A DNA stretch of 64,000 nt from Candidatus Omnitrophota bacterium (GTDB taxonomy: Bacteria; Omnitrophota; Gorgyraeia; Gygaellales; Profunditerraquicolaceae): contig JAQURC010000003.1 of the NCBI GenBank assembly GCA_028715785.1, positions 91,423 through 155,422 on the forward strand, read 5' to 3'. A model generated the notes under the pieces. The model was not told the DNA's origin and did not search any database. It was given only the letters and a program-made list of their open reading frames with translations. Below, one piece after another: positions 1 to 9,464 of the stretch (the stretch's first letter is position 1; every line of letters starts with the position of its first letter). A program made the translations under genes and the position numbers.

Positions 1-43
1 TATTTTTTATCGGTTATTCTTGTTAAAAAATAGAACCGTCCCC
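1..43. repeat. Partial or degenerate family C arm (AAAAAATAGAACCGTCCCC)
   Basis: It matches the right outer arm of C2/C3. The remainder, if present, lies off the window. Confidence 0.35.
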
Positions 44-65
44 TTGATTTTCAAAAAACAACTTT

Positions 66-473
66 TTATAATGGTGTAAGCACTCCACCTGTGGTTGCGG
101 TATAGGTAATACTACCAGTAGCTGCGCTGGTTGGCGTAGCCGCAAAGATATAACCGCCTGAAGTTAAAGTACAGGCATAGTTATAACCCTGCACAGGAGT
201 AAGCCCGCCAGCATTATTAGCGCAATAACTGCCTGCAGAAGCGATAAAATCTTGCAGGTTGCCGGCTCCCAATACATCTGTAGGATATGCGCCGCTATGG
301 CTGGTTGAGAAGGTTTCTGCTGCGGTAGATAAAGTACGCACGGTTGCTTTGGCTGCCGCTTCATTAGCCGTCCTTCTTGCGCTAAGCAAATTAGGAACTG
401 CGATCGCGGCTAACAAGGCGATAATCGCCACCACTATCATGATTTCGACGAGTGTAAAACCTTTCCTATTCAT
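66..473 (-). CDS. Type IV pilin (PilA-like major pilin), prepilin N-terminal methylation motif
   Basis: N-terminus MNRKGFTLVEIMIVVAIIALLAAIA is a class III signal peptide (G-F-T-L-x-E). The C-terminal region has two Cys, typical of the pilin D-loop. It has its own TTGACA-17-TAAATT promoter upstream. Confidence 0.8.
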   Translation of the reverse strand: MNRKGFTLVEIMIVVAIIALLAAIAVPNLLSARRTANEAAAKATVRTLSTAAETFSTSHSGAYPTDVLGAGNLQDFIASAGSYCANNAGGLTPVQGYNYACTLTSGGYIFAATPTSAATGSITYTATTGGVLTPL

Positions 474-620
474 TGAAAAGAACCTCCTTCCTAAGGTCAG
501 ATTGACTTTTCGCGCTAACTTGAAAATTAACTCTTATTTTTGGATCCAATAATTAAGACTCACTTCTTAAGAGATTAACTTCTAAGCCCGCACTAAAGTG
601 CACCTTATGTATCTATAACA

Positions 621-649
621 AATTTAACATGTTAGGCAACCCTTGTCAA
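621..649 (-). promoter_or_regulatory. Sigma70-like promoter (TTGACA-17 nt-TAAATT) upstream of the lone pilin gene
   Basis: On the minus strand, TTGACA (644-649) is followed by a 17-nt spacer and TAAATT (621-626). This is ~145 nt upstream of the pilin start. Confidence 0.4.
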
Positions 650-817
650 GCGAAAATAAAAATCCCGGTGCGCTGTATCATAATCCAGATTCTTCTTTTT
701 TAAATTCCTCTACTTGCTCCTTCTCAATTTTCTTAATACGTTCTTGAATTTCTTTATCTAGTGTCTCCTGAGTTTGACCCCATCATTTCTTTGTAAATAA
801 AAACATCTGGCTTCCTT

Positions 818-877
818 TAATCGTCACCCTAATCGTCACCCTAATCGTCACCCTAATCGTCACCCTAATCGTCACCT
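818..877. repeat. Tandem repeat, 12-bp unit TAATCGTCACCC x5
   Basis: Five contiguous copies are read directly from the sequence. The array overlaps the stop codon of the 872..2254 gene, and each unit carries TGA/TAG in the gene frame. Confidence 0.9.
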
Positions 878-2254
878 TTTCAATAGATATTTCGTTGCCC
901 TGCCCTTGCCTTCTTGAACAAGTAGTTTTTTTTCGCAAAGCCCTCTTAGCTCTAAATGGGCCGTCTTATGAGATACCTTATTTAATTTGATGTACTCGCT
1001 TCTTGCAATAGAGCCTTTTTTTCTTACGTATTCAATAGCTTTTTTCTGCCTCTCATTCAATTCTTCCAAAATCTTCTCTCCTATTTCAACCACGGTAACA
1101 TCCCTAACCTGCGATTTGAAAATTACTTTTGTTTGGACAGGATCTATTTCGTAAACGGGTTTTGGATTTTTATTCTTTAAGCAAAGCTCATTTTCCAAGT
1201 ATATTCCCGAACCGTACTTTTCAATGTAGCCGATATCATACATTAAATCCGACAAGATTTTATTAACCGGCTTATGTTTCGGTTTCTTGGGAGTTACTCC
1301 CTCAGGAAACGGGCCGGGGCTGACTATCTCAATCCTATCGTCAAAGATAAACACTCTGACGTCGGCCAGATTGAAATAATCCCTATGGATTAAGCCATTG
1401 ATGATCGCTTCCCTCAGCGCCCTGATGGGGTATTCAAACCTATCTTCCCTGCGGAAACTCTGGTCGGTTCGAAAACCAAGCAGCCGGATGTTTTTCCGAA
1501 AAAAATCCTCTACCTGGTCAACCATTTCCCATAACGTGCCATCGCAATCCAGCCTGTCCAGAATGTTGCCGTATATCTTTACGCCCTTAATCCTCACCAG
1601 CCTTAATCGGGCGTGGGAAATAAATCTAAGCGGGTTCTTCCCGAAAAACAGGATGCCGGCGTTGGTCGGTTTTTTATCTATGGCGGCATTTATGTTAACC
1701 AGCAATCGGTTTATCGGTATCTTTATTTTGGACGATATTTTCCGGTTCTTTTCCCTTAATTTCAGATAGGTCTTGATTTTTCTTTGGTCGATGTCTTCGG
1801 ATAAATCGGCTTCCTTACAAATTTGTGAATCAAACTGCAATTTGTCTTTATGCTTCTCCAGAATTGACCTTTCGTATTCATCCTTACCCATTCTTATGGT
1901 TGATTTGCCCACTCTTTTGAAGGGCCGGCCAAAAGCTAGAACAAGTCTATCAAGGCTTTCCCTTACCTCGATAATAATAATATTCTTACCTTCTGCTTCC
2001 TTAACATTGATTTTTGGATGGATTTTAGGGTCTGTGTTTTGGGCAATTCGGTTAGTAAGATTTTCAATTGTGCCTTTGCCTATCTCTACGCCGATAATCC
2101 GGCCTGCATTATCCACCCCAACCATAACCTTGCCGCCTTTGGTATTGGCAAAGCCGGAGATAGTCTCGATAATCTCGTTTATCAAAGACAAAGAAGATTT
2201 CAACTCAATATCTTCTTTTTCTTTAATTAAGTTTTGAATTTCTTTTCTGGTCAT
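872..2254 (-). CDS. AlbA_2 (Schlafen-like divergent AAA) plus HATPase_c_4 plus C-terminal wHTH protein; putative ATP-dependent transcriptional regulator
   Basis: Domain-typical N-terminal region (GFANTKGGKVMVGVDNAG), a central ATPase-like region and a C-terminal HTH. 460-aa ORF. Confidence 0.65.
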   Translation of the reverse strand: MTRKEIQNLIKEKEDIELKSSLSLINEIIETISGFANTKGGKVMVGVDNAGRIIGVEIGKGTIENLTNRIAQNTDPKIHPKINVKEAEGKNIIIIEVRESLDRLVLAFGRPFKRVGKSTIRMGKDEYERSILEKHKDKLQFDSQICKEADLSEDIDQRKIKTYLKLREKNRKISSKIKIPINRLLVNINAAIDKKPTNAGILFFGKNPLRFISHARLRLVRIKGVKIYGNILDRLDCDGTLWEMVDQVEDFFRKNIRLLGFRTDQSFRREDRFEYPIRALREAIINGLIHRDYFNLADVRVFIFDDRIEIVSPGPFPEGVTPKKPKHKPVNKILSDLMYDIGYIEKYGSGIYLENELCLKNKNPKPVYEIDPVQTKVIFKSQVRDVTVVEIGEKILEELNERQKKAIEYVRKKGSIARSEYIKLNKVSHKTAHLELRGLCEKKLLVQEGKGRATKYLLKR

Positions 2255-2325
2255 ATTCAGCCTCTAGACTTAGCTATATTTTACCATTTTAAATCTTAAC
2301 CCTCAAGAAATTTATTTTCTTAACT

Positions 2326-2664
2326 CTATGCAACCTGGCTGGTTACATAGACATACTGCAGAATTTTTCTTCCAGAATTTTTTACATTGTGGAGGGTTTC
2401 CGGAGGGATAAATACAAAGCTGTTTTTAGGTGCTTTGAGTTTTTTGTTTTTATCAAAATAAACAGTCGCGCTGCCTTTTAATATAATCAGCGCCTCTTCT
2501 TTGTTTTCAGTTTTGTGCTCACCGATTAATTCTTTAGGCCTTAAAGTAACTAAGCCGGCCCGTAACCCTTTGGCCTTAGTGGAATCCCCTAAAAGGCGCA
2601 AAAACCTTTGCTCACCTTTAAGCCGCGTGCAAAAAACTTTTTTGGCAGAAGGATTCTTTTTCAT
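2326..2664 (-). CDS. Cupin domain protein
   Basis: Cupin-like motifs (GEHKTENKEEALIILKG...FIPPETLHNVKN). The ATG overlaps the cbiO stop as ATGA, so the two are translationally coupled. Confidence 0.6.
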   Translation of the reverse strand: MKKNPSAKKVFCTRLKGEQRFLRLLGDSTKAKGLRAGLVTLRPKELIGEHKTENKEEALIILKGSATVYFDKNKKLKAPKNSFVFIPPETLHNVKNSGRKILQYVYVTSQVA

Positions 2665-3482
2665 CAATGATTATCCCCATGATGGTCAAGGTGCAAATGC
2701 GGATGGATATGTACTGTATCTTCATGTTTATGGCGATGGATATGCACCAGGTTATTTTCCTGAAGCAGCGGCAGGTCATTAAGGATATCTTTGGCTAAAC
2801 CGGATTTAACGATTTTCTTTTCCCGGCCAAAAACATAAACCATATCGGATATATCCTCAACAATATGCAAATCATGGGTAGCAGTGATAATAGTTTTGCC
2901 GTTGGAATTTGCCTCGATCAAAAAATCAATTATCTGCCGCGTAGTTAAAGGATCCAGCCCGGCAGTGGGCTCATCCAGGATAAGGACCTGCGGGTCAATT
3001 ATTAGAACTGCAGCAATGGCTACCTTGCGCTTTTCTCCGATACTTAACCGGTGCGGGCTTCTGTCAAGTAAATGTTTAATATTTAAAGCGGTAATCAATT
3101 CTTCCAAGCGTTTTTGAATTTGGTTTTTATCTAAACCCAGCTGCAGGGGCCCGAAAACTATGTCCTCTTCTACCGTCGGGCAGAATAACTGCGCATCGGG
3201 ATTTTGGAAAACAAAACCCACCCTGCGCCTGAAATCAAGCGAAAACTTACCATCATTAAAGGCCTTTTCGTCCAATTGCCTTCCACAAAAATTTACCTTC
3301 CCCTTATCCGCAAAAATAAGTCCGTTAAGCATCTGCAAAAAAGTGGACTTACCTGAACCATTAGCGCCGATAACAGCAACCTTCTGCCCTTTGTTGATTT
3401 TAACATCTATACCGTTTAAAGCGGGGATCTTAGCCGGATAGGAGAAATAAACATTACTTAATTCAAAAATTATATTATCCAT
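2664..3482 (-). CDS. cbiO: ECF-type cobalt/nickel transporter ATPase (CbiO/EcfA family) with a His-rich C-terminal tail
   Basis: Walker A GANGSGKST, ABC signature LSIGEKRKV and Walker B ILDEP. The C-terminus is HIHRHKHEDTVHIHPHLHLDHHGDNH. Confidence 0.8.
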   Translation of the reverse strand: MDNIIFELSNVYFSYPAKIPALNGIDVKINKGQKVAVIGANGSGKSTFLQMLNGLIFADKGKVNFCGRQLDEKAFNDGKFSLDFRRRVGFVFQNPDAQLFCPTVEEDIVFGPLQLGLDKNQIQKRLEELITALNIKHLLDRSPHRLSIGEKRKVAIAAVLIIDPQVLILDEPTAGLDPLTTRQIIDFLIEANSNGKTIITATHDLHIVEDISDMVYVFGREKKIVKSGLAKDILNDLPLLQENNLVHIHRHKHEDTVHIHPHLHLDHHGDNH

Positions 3483-3500
3483 AATAATCTCTTAAAATCC

Positions 3501-3576
3501 GTGTCATTGCGAGCCCGAAGGGCCAAGCAATCTAATAAAAGATTGCTTCGTCGCCTACGGCTCCTCGCAATGACAC
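3501..3576. repeat. Family A palindromic intergenic repeat, copy A1
   Basis: GTGTCATTGCGAG...GAAGCAATC-loop-GATTGCTTCG...CTCGCAATGACAC. The right arm is the exact reverse complement of the left arm of copy A2. Confidence 0.85.
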
Positions 3577-4320
3577 AGTAACAAACATTATTAATACCAC
3601 TAACAACCACAACCAATCCCTTGGCCTAAATTTAAAATCATTCCAAACCATCGCCTCCCCGCGATACCCCCTGGAAAGCATGGCCTTATAGACCTCGTCA
3701 TTAAGCTTAACTGACCGCTGCCACAAAGAAGCAATATTCCAGGCCGCGATACTCCGGCCATTTTTGTAATGCACAAACGTACCAACCCGGCTTTTGACCG
3801 CAAGATATGTCTGTTCAATTATTTCCACAAAGAGGTAGATATAACGGTAGCACATCCCTAAAGTCATTACAAAAATCTGCGGTATCTTAAAAATTCGCAG
3901 GACTCTTAATAATGCAAAGTGTTTGGTGGTGATGCTTAAAAGCACGGTAAAAGATACACAAGTAAGCACGCGCATGAGAAAAGGCAAAACGCTGGATAAT
4001 CCGAAACTCAATATTGCCGGAATTGCGATAAACAATGAGAACAGCGGAATAAAAAACCAGGTGCGTTTTAGAAAAAATAACAAATTTATCCTGGAAATCA
4101 ACACCAGCAATAAACATAACGCGTAGAGAAAAAATATAACCTGTAGGTTACGGGCCAACAATACCTGGATAATGAATAGCAGAAAAGTAGCTAATTTAAT
4201 CCGCGGATCCAGCGACTGCAAGAACCCTCTGCGCGCCGCCAATTCCTCGGCAAAGATTAAATCTTTCAAGAAAGCCAAGGCCCCGATAATCGAACGTTGA
4301 ATAAAATTATTGTTTTTCAT
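3532..4320 (-). CDS. cbiQ: ECF transporter transmembrane component CbiQ/EcfT
   Basis: Multi-TM protein with CbiQ-like sequence. The start was chosen at the internal ATG (MKNNNF), which gives a 10-nt gap to thyX. The last 14 codons and the stop lie inside repeat A1. Confidence 0.7.
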   Translation of the reverse strand: MKNNNFIQRSIIGALAFLKDLIFAEELAARRGFLQSLDPRIKLATFLLFIIQVLLARNLQVIFFLYALCLLLVLISRINLLFFLKRTWFFIPLFSLFIAIPAILSFGLSSVLPFLMRVLTCVSFTVLLSITTKHFALLRVLRIFKIPQIFVMTLGMCYRYIYLFVEIIEQTYLAVKSRVGTFVHYKNGRSIAAWNIASLWQRSVKLNDEVYKAMLSRGYRGEAMVWNDFKFRPRDWLWLLVVLIMFVTVSLRGAVGDEAIFY

Positions 4321-4330
4321 TTGTGGCAAA

Positions 4331-5050
4331 TCAAGCTTTTGCCGGGAATTTTCCGCAGCAGAATTTTTCACCTTCGGGGCAATACTCCAGTGTTTCACAT
4401 TTAGCTCCTGCCTCAGAAAAAACAGCCGGAAGTTTCTCTTTACAAATATCCAGCATCATATTAGCCAACTGGCGTATTTCCCACTGGGCGCGGGAGCAGC
4501 AACGAGCTTGAAAAAAATGCAATAGCTCCCGGCAATTCATAGTGACCACAATCTTTGTCTCGGCTGCCTGCGGAAGCGCAAAACGCGCGTCCTGGTTTGC
4601 CGCCTCTCCGCTGATATTATCCTGCCCCATAAACGCAAGCAGTTTGGTATAGCTCTGCTGAATCGCAGCCATCAATTTTTCAAATTCATTTTTTGCCTCC
4701 GGATTCCTCTCGATAACCGGCGGAATAATGAAATCAAAATCTTTTTCTTTTACATAACGTTGGCTTTGCTGGCTGAATGAGGCGATCCTGTGCCTGACTA
4801 ACTGATGGGTAAGGGCACGCGATACCCCCTCGATGGCAAAAGTAAACTTAACGTGTTCAAGCGGGCTCTGATGCCCGGAAGCAACAATACTCTTTACAAA
4901 GGCCTCTTGTTTTTCAATATTCACCGAACTGTCTAAAAAAACCTCGCCCGCGAATTTCTCCGAATAACACTGCCGGCAGGCAACATAAATAAGCGAGATC
5001 GCGTTCCGGCTCATCTCCAATAATTTAACGTTCATTGTAACTTTGCCCAT
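4331..5050 (-). CDS. thyX: Flavin-dependent thymidylate synthase ThyX with a Cys-rich C-terminal extension
   Basis: ThyX motif RHRIASFSQQSQRY. There are about 25 extra C-terminal residues containing six Cys. Confidence 0.8.
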   Translation of the reverse strand: MGKVTMNVKLLEMSRNAISLIYVACRQCYSEKFAGEVFLDSSVNIEKQEAFVKSIVASGHQSPLEHVKFTFAIEGVSRALTHQLVRHRIASFSQQSQRYVKEKDFDFIIPPVIERNPEAKNEFEKLMAAIQQSYTKLLAFMGQDNISGEAANQDARFALPQAAETKIVVTMNCRELLHFFQARCCSRAQWEIRQLANMMLDICKEKLPAVFSEAGAKCETLEYCPEGEKFCCGKFPAKA

Positions 5051-5064
5051 TTATTAATTCTCCC

Positions 5065-5901
5065 TTAAGATAAATAATCGGCTGCCATATATGAGCTGCG
5101 CACATATGGAGCGCTTTCGATATGCAGAAAACCTAACTCTCTGGCTTTCTCTCTATAGTAATCAAACTGCTCCGGCTGAATATATTCTTTAACCGGATAA
5201 TGCTCTTTACTGGGCGCCAGATACTGGCCGATACTCAAAAAATCGCATCCTACATAACGCAGGTCTTGCATCAGATAAAGAATTTCTTCTTCTTTTTCGC
5301 CTAAACCCAGCATCAGCCCGGATTTTATCTTTAAACCGGGCGATATTTTATTTATCGTATGCAGCAAACTAAGCGAACCTAAATAATCCGCTCCCTGGCG
5401 CACCTGTTTATAAAGTGACGGGACTGTTTCAAGATTATGGGCAATGATATCCGGTTTTGAGTCAGCGACAATTTTTAAGGCATCCAAAGAAAGCCCAAAA
5501 TCCGGAATCAGGGTTTCTATGCTTACCTGGGGTGATTTTTCCCTGATCCGCCTGACCGTCTGGGCAAAAAGCGCAGCTCCTCCGTCGGCAAGATCATCGC
5601 GGGTAACACTGGTAATCACAACATGCTTTAAATCAAGTTCTTTGACCGCCTGCGCAACACGGTCCGGCTCATTTAAATCAGGCTCAAGCGGTCTAGACTT
5701 CTTTATATTACAAAAACTGCACCGGCGCGTGCAATTACGGCCCAGGATCAAAAATGTCGCTTCATTGCGGGCAAAACATTCCCCCATATTCGGGCACATC
5801 GCCTGCTCGCAGACAGTTTCCACGCCCAAACCGCGCAAAGTATTTTTCATCACGGAACAGCTCCTAAGATTGATTTTTTTATTAAGCCAGGCAGGTTTCA
5901 T
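5065..5901 (-). CDS. lipA: Lipoyl synthase
   Basis: KPAWLNKKI N-terminal motif, CxxxCxxC radical-SAM cluster (CTRRCSFC) and a second Cys cluster (CEQAMCPNMGEC). Confidence 0.85.
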   Translation of the reverse strand: MKPAWLNKKINLRSCSVMKNTLRGLGVETVCEQAMCPNMGECFARNEATFLILGRNCTRRCSFCNIKKSRPLEPDLNEPDRVAQAVKELDLKHVVITSVTRDDLADGGAALFAQTVRRIREKSPQVSIETLIPDFGLSLDALKIVADSKPDIIAHNLETVPSLYKQVRQGADYLGSLSLLHTINKISPGLKIKSGLMLGLGEKEEEILYLMQDLRYVGCDFLSIGQYLAPSKEHYPVKEYIQPEQFDYYREKARELGFLHIESAPYVRSSYMAADYLS

Positions 5902-6625
5902 ATGCGGGTTCTTTCTCTTCGATAAACTTTACGCTAAAAGTTTCACTAAAAGCGCCGATTAGACCTTGCTCCAAAACCTTTCTTTCAGGAACTACCCGGA
6001 TTTCATCACTGAGAGTTGTCACGTATGTAGAAATATTATCCGGCAGGCAATTAAGGTAGTTACGCGCAAAATCCCAATTAACTCTTAAGGGGATTGAACC
6101 ATGCTGAAAGATAACCTGCCTTCTTCTTTTCTGGGCGTTTCCGCCGATCTTTCTCCCTCCGATAACAATGTCATATTTCTCATGTGAAGCACTGCAAAGC
6201 TCATTTGGAGCGCATCGATTATTAAAACTTTCAGCTTGAAGCGCAAATTCAGGAAAAAGGCCGAGCGATTCATAAAAACGCATAAGGAATTTACAAATAT
6301 TGCGGTAAGAAACAAACACGCCCTTAGGCTCCCCCACATCCTCCTTGCTGCAGACAAAACTGTAAGTAATTTCATCATCGTGAAAAAGGATCCCGCCTCC
6401 GGTCATCCTTTTGGCAATTTGTATGCCGTCAGAGGCGCATTTATCCAAGTTAATCTTATTCCGAGGATTCTGGGAAAACCCGTAAGTAAAAGACGGTCTT
6501 TCCCAGCGATAGATCCTTAACACCCCGATACCATCCTCCAAATATCGATTAAAAATTTTTTCATCAAAGTTCATATTATGTGCTGCGCTTGAAGCTTCTG
6601 ATCGAATAAGTCTAAATAATTTCAT
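5882..6625 (-). CDS. Lipoate-protein ligase / octanoyltransferase family (BPL/LPL catalytic domain)
   Basis: BPL_LplA_LipB-like core (GRKIGGNAQKRRR). Confidence 0.6.
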   Translation of the reverse strand: MKLFRLIRSEASSAAHNMNFDEKIFNRYLEDGIGVLRIYRWERPSFTYGFSQNPRNKINLDKCASDGIQIAKRMTGGGILFHDDEITYSFVCSKEDVGEPKGVFVSYRNICKFLMRFYESLGLFPEFALQAESFNNRCAPNELCSASHEKYDIVIGGRKIGGNAQKRRRQVIFQHGSIPLRVNWDFARNYLNCLPDNISTYVTTLSDEIRVVPERKVLEQGLIGAFSETFSVKFIEEKEPAYETCLA

Positions 6626-6669
6626 ATGCGTAACCCTATTTCCCCTTTAGGCTCGAAACAGTTTCGCAG

Positions 6670-8136
6670 TTAATCGGGAAACAGGGCCAGTGGTTTCCAG
6701 TTAAGGTCCGGCTGGCGCGCTGCCCTTACTTCATCAAGGCGCTTTATCGGCATCCTAAGCGGCGCTGCGGTTACAGCAGAAGGATTTTCTTCTGCCAAAC
6801 GGGCGATCTCAATCATTGCCTCGATAAAAGCATCGATGGTTTCTTTTGATTCTGTTTCCGTCGGTTCAATCATCAACGCCTCTTTAACAATTAAAGGAAA
6901 ATATATCGTCGGCGGATGGAATCCTCGATCAATTAAATATTTGGCAATATCTAAAGCATGCACTCCATTCTTTGCCTGCCGGCTGGCGGAAAATACGCAT
7001 TCATGCATGCATGTTTTGTTAAAAGGCAGGTCATAATATTTTTTGAGTTTTGCCTGGCAATAATTGGCATTTAATACCGCGATTTCAGCCGCTTTAATCA
7101 AGCCTTCCCTGCCCAGATGCAGGATATACGCATAGGCCTTGAGAATTACGCCGAAATTCCCGTAAAAAGGGGCGATATAACCGATGGATTTTGGCTGATG
7201 GTAATCAAGGGCGAATGTCCCGTCGGCTCTGCGGATGACCCGGGAGATCGGCAAGAACTCAATTAATTTTTCGTTTACTCCCACCGGCCCCGCTCCGGGG
7301 CCTCCGCCTCCGTGGGGAGTAGCGAATGTCTTATGTAAATTTATATGCATGACATCAAAACCAATATCCCCGGGGCGGCATTTGCCCAGCATGGCGTTAA
7401 GGTTGGCTCCGTCGTAATACATCAACGCCCCGCACGCATGCGCCAAGTCAGCGATCTCTTTGATCCGCGGGTTAAAAATTCCCAGCGTATCCGGGCAGGT
7501 CAACATCACCGCCGCCAGCTCTTCGGTTAAATGTTTTTTGTATTCGACTAAATCCATATAGCCATCCGAACCTGTGGGAATAACAACAACCTCATAACCG
7601 GCAATGGCGGCACTTGAGGGATTTGTCCCATGCGATGAATCCGGGACAATCACATATTTACGCCGGGAACCTTTATTTTTGTGGTAGGCGGCAATCAGCA
7701 TTACTCCGGTTAACTCACCATGAGCGCCGGCCAAAGGCTGCATGGTAAAAGCGCTCATCCCGGTAATTTCACAAAGCAGTTTCTCGGATTCATACAGGAC
7801 CTCTAAAGACCCCTGCGCAAGCATGCCCCCTCCTGAAAGTTGCGGCAATAACGGATGCAGCTGAGAAAATCCATCTAAGGAAGCGATCTGCTCGCAAAAT
7901 TTTGGATTATATTTCATTGTGCAGGAACCAAGCGGATAGAAATTTGTGTCTACGGAATAATTAAGCCGGGAAAGATTGGTATAATGGCGGATGACATCTA
8001 ATTCACTAAGGCAGGCTAAATGCGCCTGGCGCTTGCGGCAATATTTTTCCGCCAAAGGCTTTGCTTTGCCAACATCGCAGTCGCCGTATGAAAAACCCCG
8101 CCGGCCTTCCTTATGTTTCTCAAAAATTAATTTCAT
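6670..8136 (-). CDS. gcvPB: Glycine dehydrogenase (decarboxylating) subunit 2
   Basis: P-protein C-terminal half, with the PLP Lys region HINLHKTF. Confidence 0.9.
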   Translation of the reverse strand: MKLIFEKHKEGRRGFSYGDCDVGKAKPLAEKYCRKRQAHLACLSELDVIRHYTNLSRLNYSVDTNFYPLGSCTMKYNPKFCEQIASLDGFSQLHPLLPQLSGGGMLAQGSLEVLYESEKLLCEITGMSAFTMQPLAGAHGELTGVMLIAAYHKNKGSRRKYVIVPDSSHGTNPSSAAIAGYEVVVIPTGSDGYMDLVEYKKHLTEELAAVMLTCPDTLGIFNPRIKEIADLAHACGALMYYDGANLNAMLGKCRPGDIGFDVMHINLHKTFATPHGGGGPGAGPVGVNEKLIEFLPISRVIRRADGTFALDYHQPKSIGYIAPFYGNFGVILKAYAYILHLGREGLIKAAEIAVLNANYCQAKLKKYYDLPFNKTCMHECVFSASRQAKNGVHALDIAKYLIDRGFHPPTIYFPLIVKEALMIEPTETESKETIDAFIEAMIEIARLAEENPSAVTAAPLRMPIKRLDEVRAARQPDLNWKPLALFPD

Positions 8137-9464
8137 AGCACTGCCTCCAGGCTATCGGTAAGACGAACTATCTCTTCTTTGGTCCTTTTCTCGGTAACGG
8201 CAATCAATAAATAATTATCCATTCCTTTATAGAACTTGCCCAGCGGAAAACCGCAGGCAAAGCCTTTTTCAATCATCCGGCGCACTACTTCATCGGCACT
8301 TTTAGGCAGTAACACTGTAAATTCATTAAAAGTCGGAGAGGAACGTTTTACTGCAACGCCTTTAACGCGCGACAATTCCTCTTTGGCAAACTCGGCTTTT
8401 TGATAATTATGGGCGGCTAGCTCCTTCAATCCTTCCCTGCCCAAAAGCGAAACAAACACTGCCGCCCGTAACGCGCAAAGCGCCTCATTCGAACAAATAT
8501 TGGAAGTCGCTTTTTGGCGGCGGATATGCTGCTCGCGGGTCTGCAGGGTCAAGACAAAACCTCTTTTACCGCCGCTGTCAACGGTAGCCCCCACGATCCT
8601 GCCGGGCATCTGGCGCACTAATTCATTTTTTACGGCCATAAATCCCAAATAAGGCCCGCCGAAAGAAAGCGGTATCCCCAAACTCTGGCCTTCGCCTGTG
8701 GCGATATCAAACCCCATCTCACCCGGAGCCTTTAACATGCCCAGAGAAACCGGATACACCGAAGCAATTGCCAAAGCGCCAAATTTATGCGCCTCATTCA
8801 CTATGTCGCTATGATCATCAACAGCGCCGAAGAAATTAGGGTTCTGTAAAATTACCGCGGCGGTCCGATCATCTAAATGTTTAAGCAACTCTCCCCTGCT
8901 GCTCTGGCCGTGCACAACCGGGATTTCCACAAACTCAACGGAAAGATTCAAGGTGTAAGTGTAAAGCATGGTGCGATAGATCAAGTTCACTCCGCTGTCC
9001 AAAATTATTTTATTGCGGCCGGTCTGCCTTATGGCCATCATCATCGCCTCAAAAAGAGCGGTCCCCCCGTCATACAAAGAAGCATTGGAAACATCCAGTC
9101 CGGTCAACTGGCAAATAATACTCTGATATTCATAAATTGCCTGCAGCCACCCCTGGGAACACTCCGGCTGATACGGCGTATAAGCGGTATAGAACTCTGA
9201 ACGCCCGGCAAGCGCGTCCACGCCGGCGGGAATAAAATGATCATAGAATCCCGCGCCGACAAAATTAACCAGGCCCGTGGCATTCTTTAGGGAAAGCTTG
9301 CGCAATGCTTGCGTTACCTCAAACTCTGATTTTGACGCCGGAATTTTAAAAGATTTGGGCGAAAGTGCCGCGGGAATATCTTTAAAAAGTTCATTGATAT
9401 TCTTTACCCCGATCACTTGCAGCACCTCTTGAATATCCTCTTGCGTGTGCGGAATATAACTCAT
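8133..9464 (-). CDS. gcvPA: Glycine dehydrogenase subunit 1
   Basis: P-protein N-terminal half. There is a 4-nt overlap with gcvPB. Confidence 0.9.
   Translation of the reverse strand: MSYIPHTQEDIQEVLQVIGVKNINELFKDIPAALSPKSFKIPASKSEFEVTQALRKLSLKNATGLVNFVGAGFYDHFIPAGVDALAGRSEFYTAYTPYQPECSQGWLQAIYEYQSIICQLTGLDVSNASLYDGGTALFEAMMMAIRQTGRNKIILDSGVNLIYRTMLYTYTLNLSVEFVEIPVVHGQSSRGELLKHLDDRTAAVILQNPNFFGAVDDHSDIVNEAHKFGALAIASVYPVSLGMLKAPGEMGFDIATGEGQSLGIPLSFGGPYLGFMAVKNELVRQMPGRIVGATVDSGGKRGFVLTLQTREQHIRRQKATSNICSNEALCALRAAVFVSLLGREGLKELAAHNYQKAEFAKEELSRVKGVAVKRSSPTFNEFTVLLPKSADEVVRRMIEKGFACGFPLGKFYKGMDNYLLIAVTEKRTKEEIVRLTDSLEAVL

Noticed and set aside
259-552. Plus-strand ORFs throughout the window (for example 259-552, 1773-2237, 35339-35725, 38775-39257, 49320-49880, 50662-51357, 52952-53194)
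   Set aside because: Every one lies antisense inside a well-supported minus-strand gene or across a repeat or terminator. There are no motifs or RBS. They are by-products of codon bias on the opposite strand.
690-800. Short minus-strand coding remnant (…QETLDKEIQERIKKIEKEQVEEFKKEESGL*) in the pilin upstream region
   Set aside because: It has no start codon and is only about 35 codons. It is probably the decayed tail of a former gene or just the pilin 5' leader, and it cannot be supported as a gene.
818-877. CRISPR array
   Set aside because: Only a spacer-less 12-bp tandem repeat is present. There are no repeat-spacer units anywhere in the window and no cas genes.
3532-4398. Long 5' extension of cbiQ (MKHWSIAPKVKNSAAENSRQKLDLPQ...)
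   Set aside because: It would overlap thyX by 68 nt. The internal ATG at 4320 (MKNNNF) gives a 10-nt spacing and a sensible TM start.
6626-6669. 13-bp palindrome CGAAACAGTTTCG between gcvPB and lplA
   Set aside because: It is short and single, and there is no flanking T-run. It is within chance expectation for a 64-kb window.
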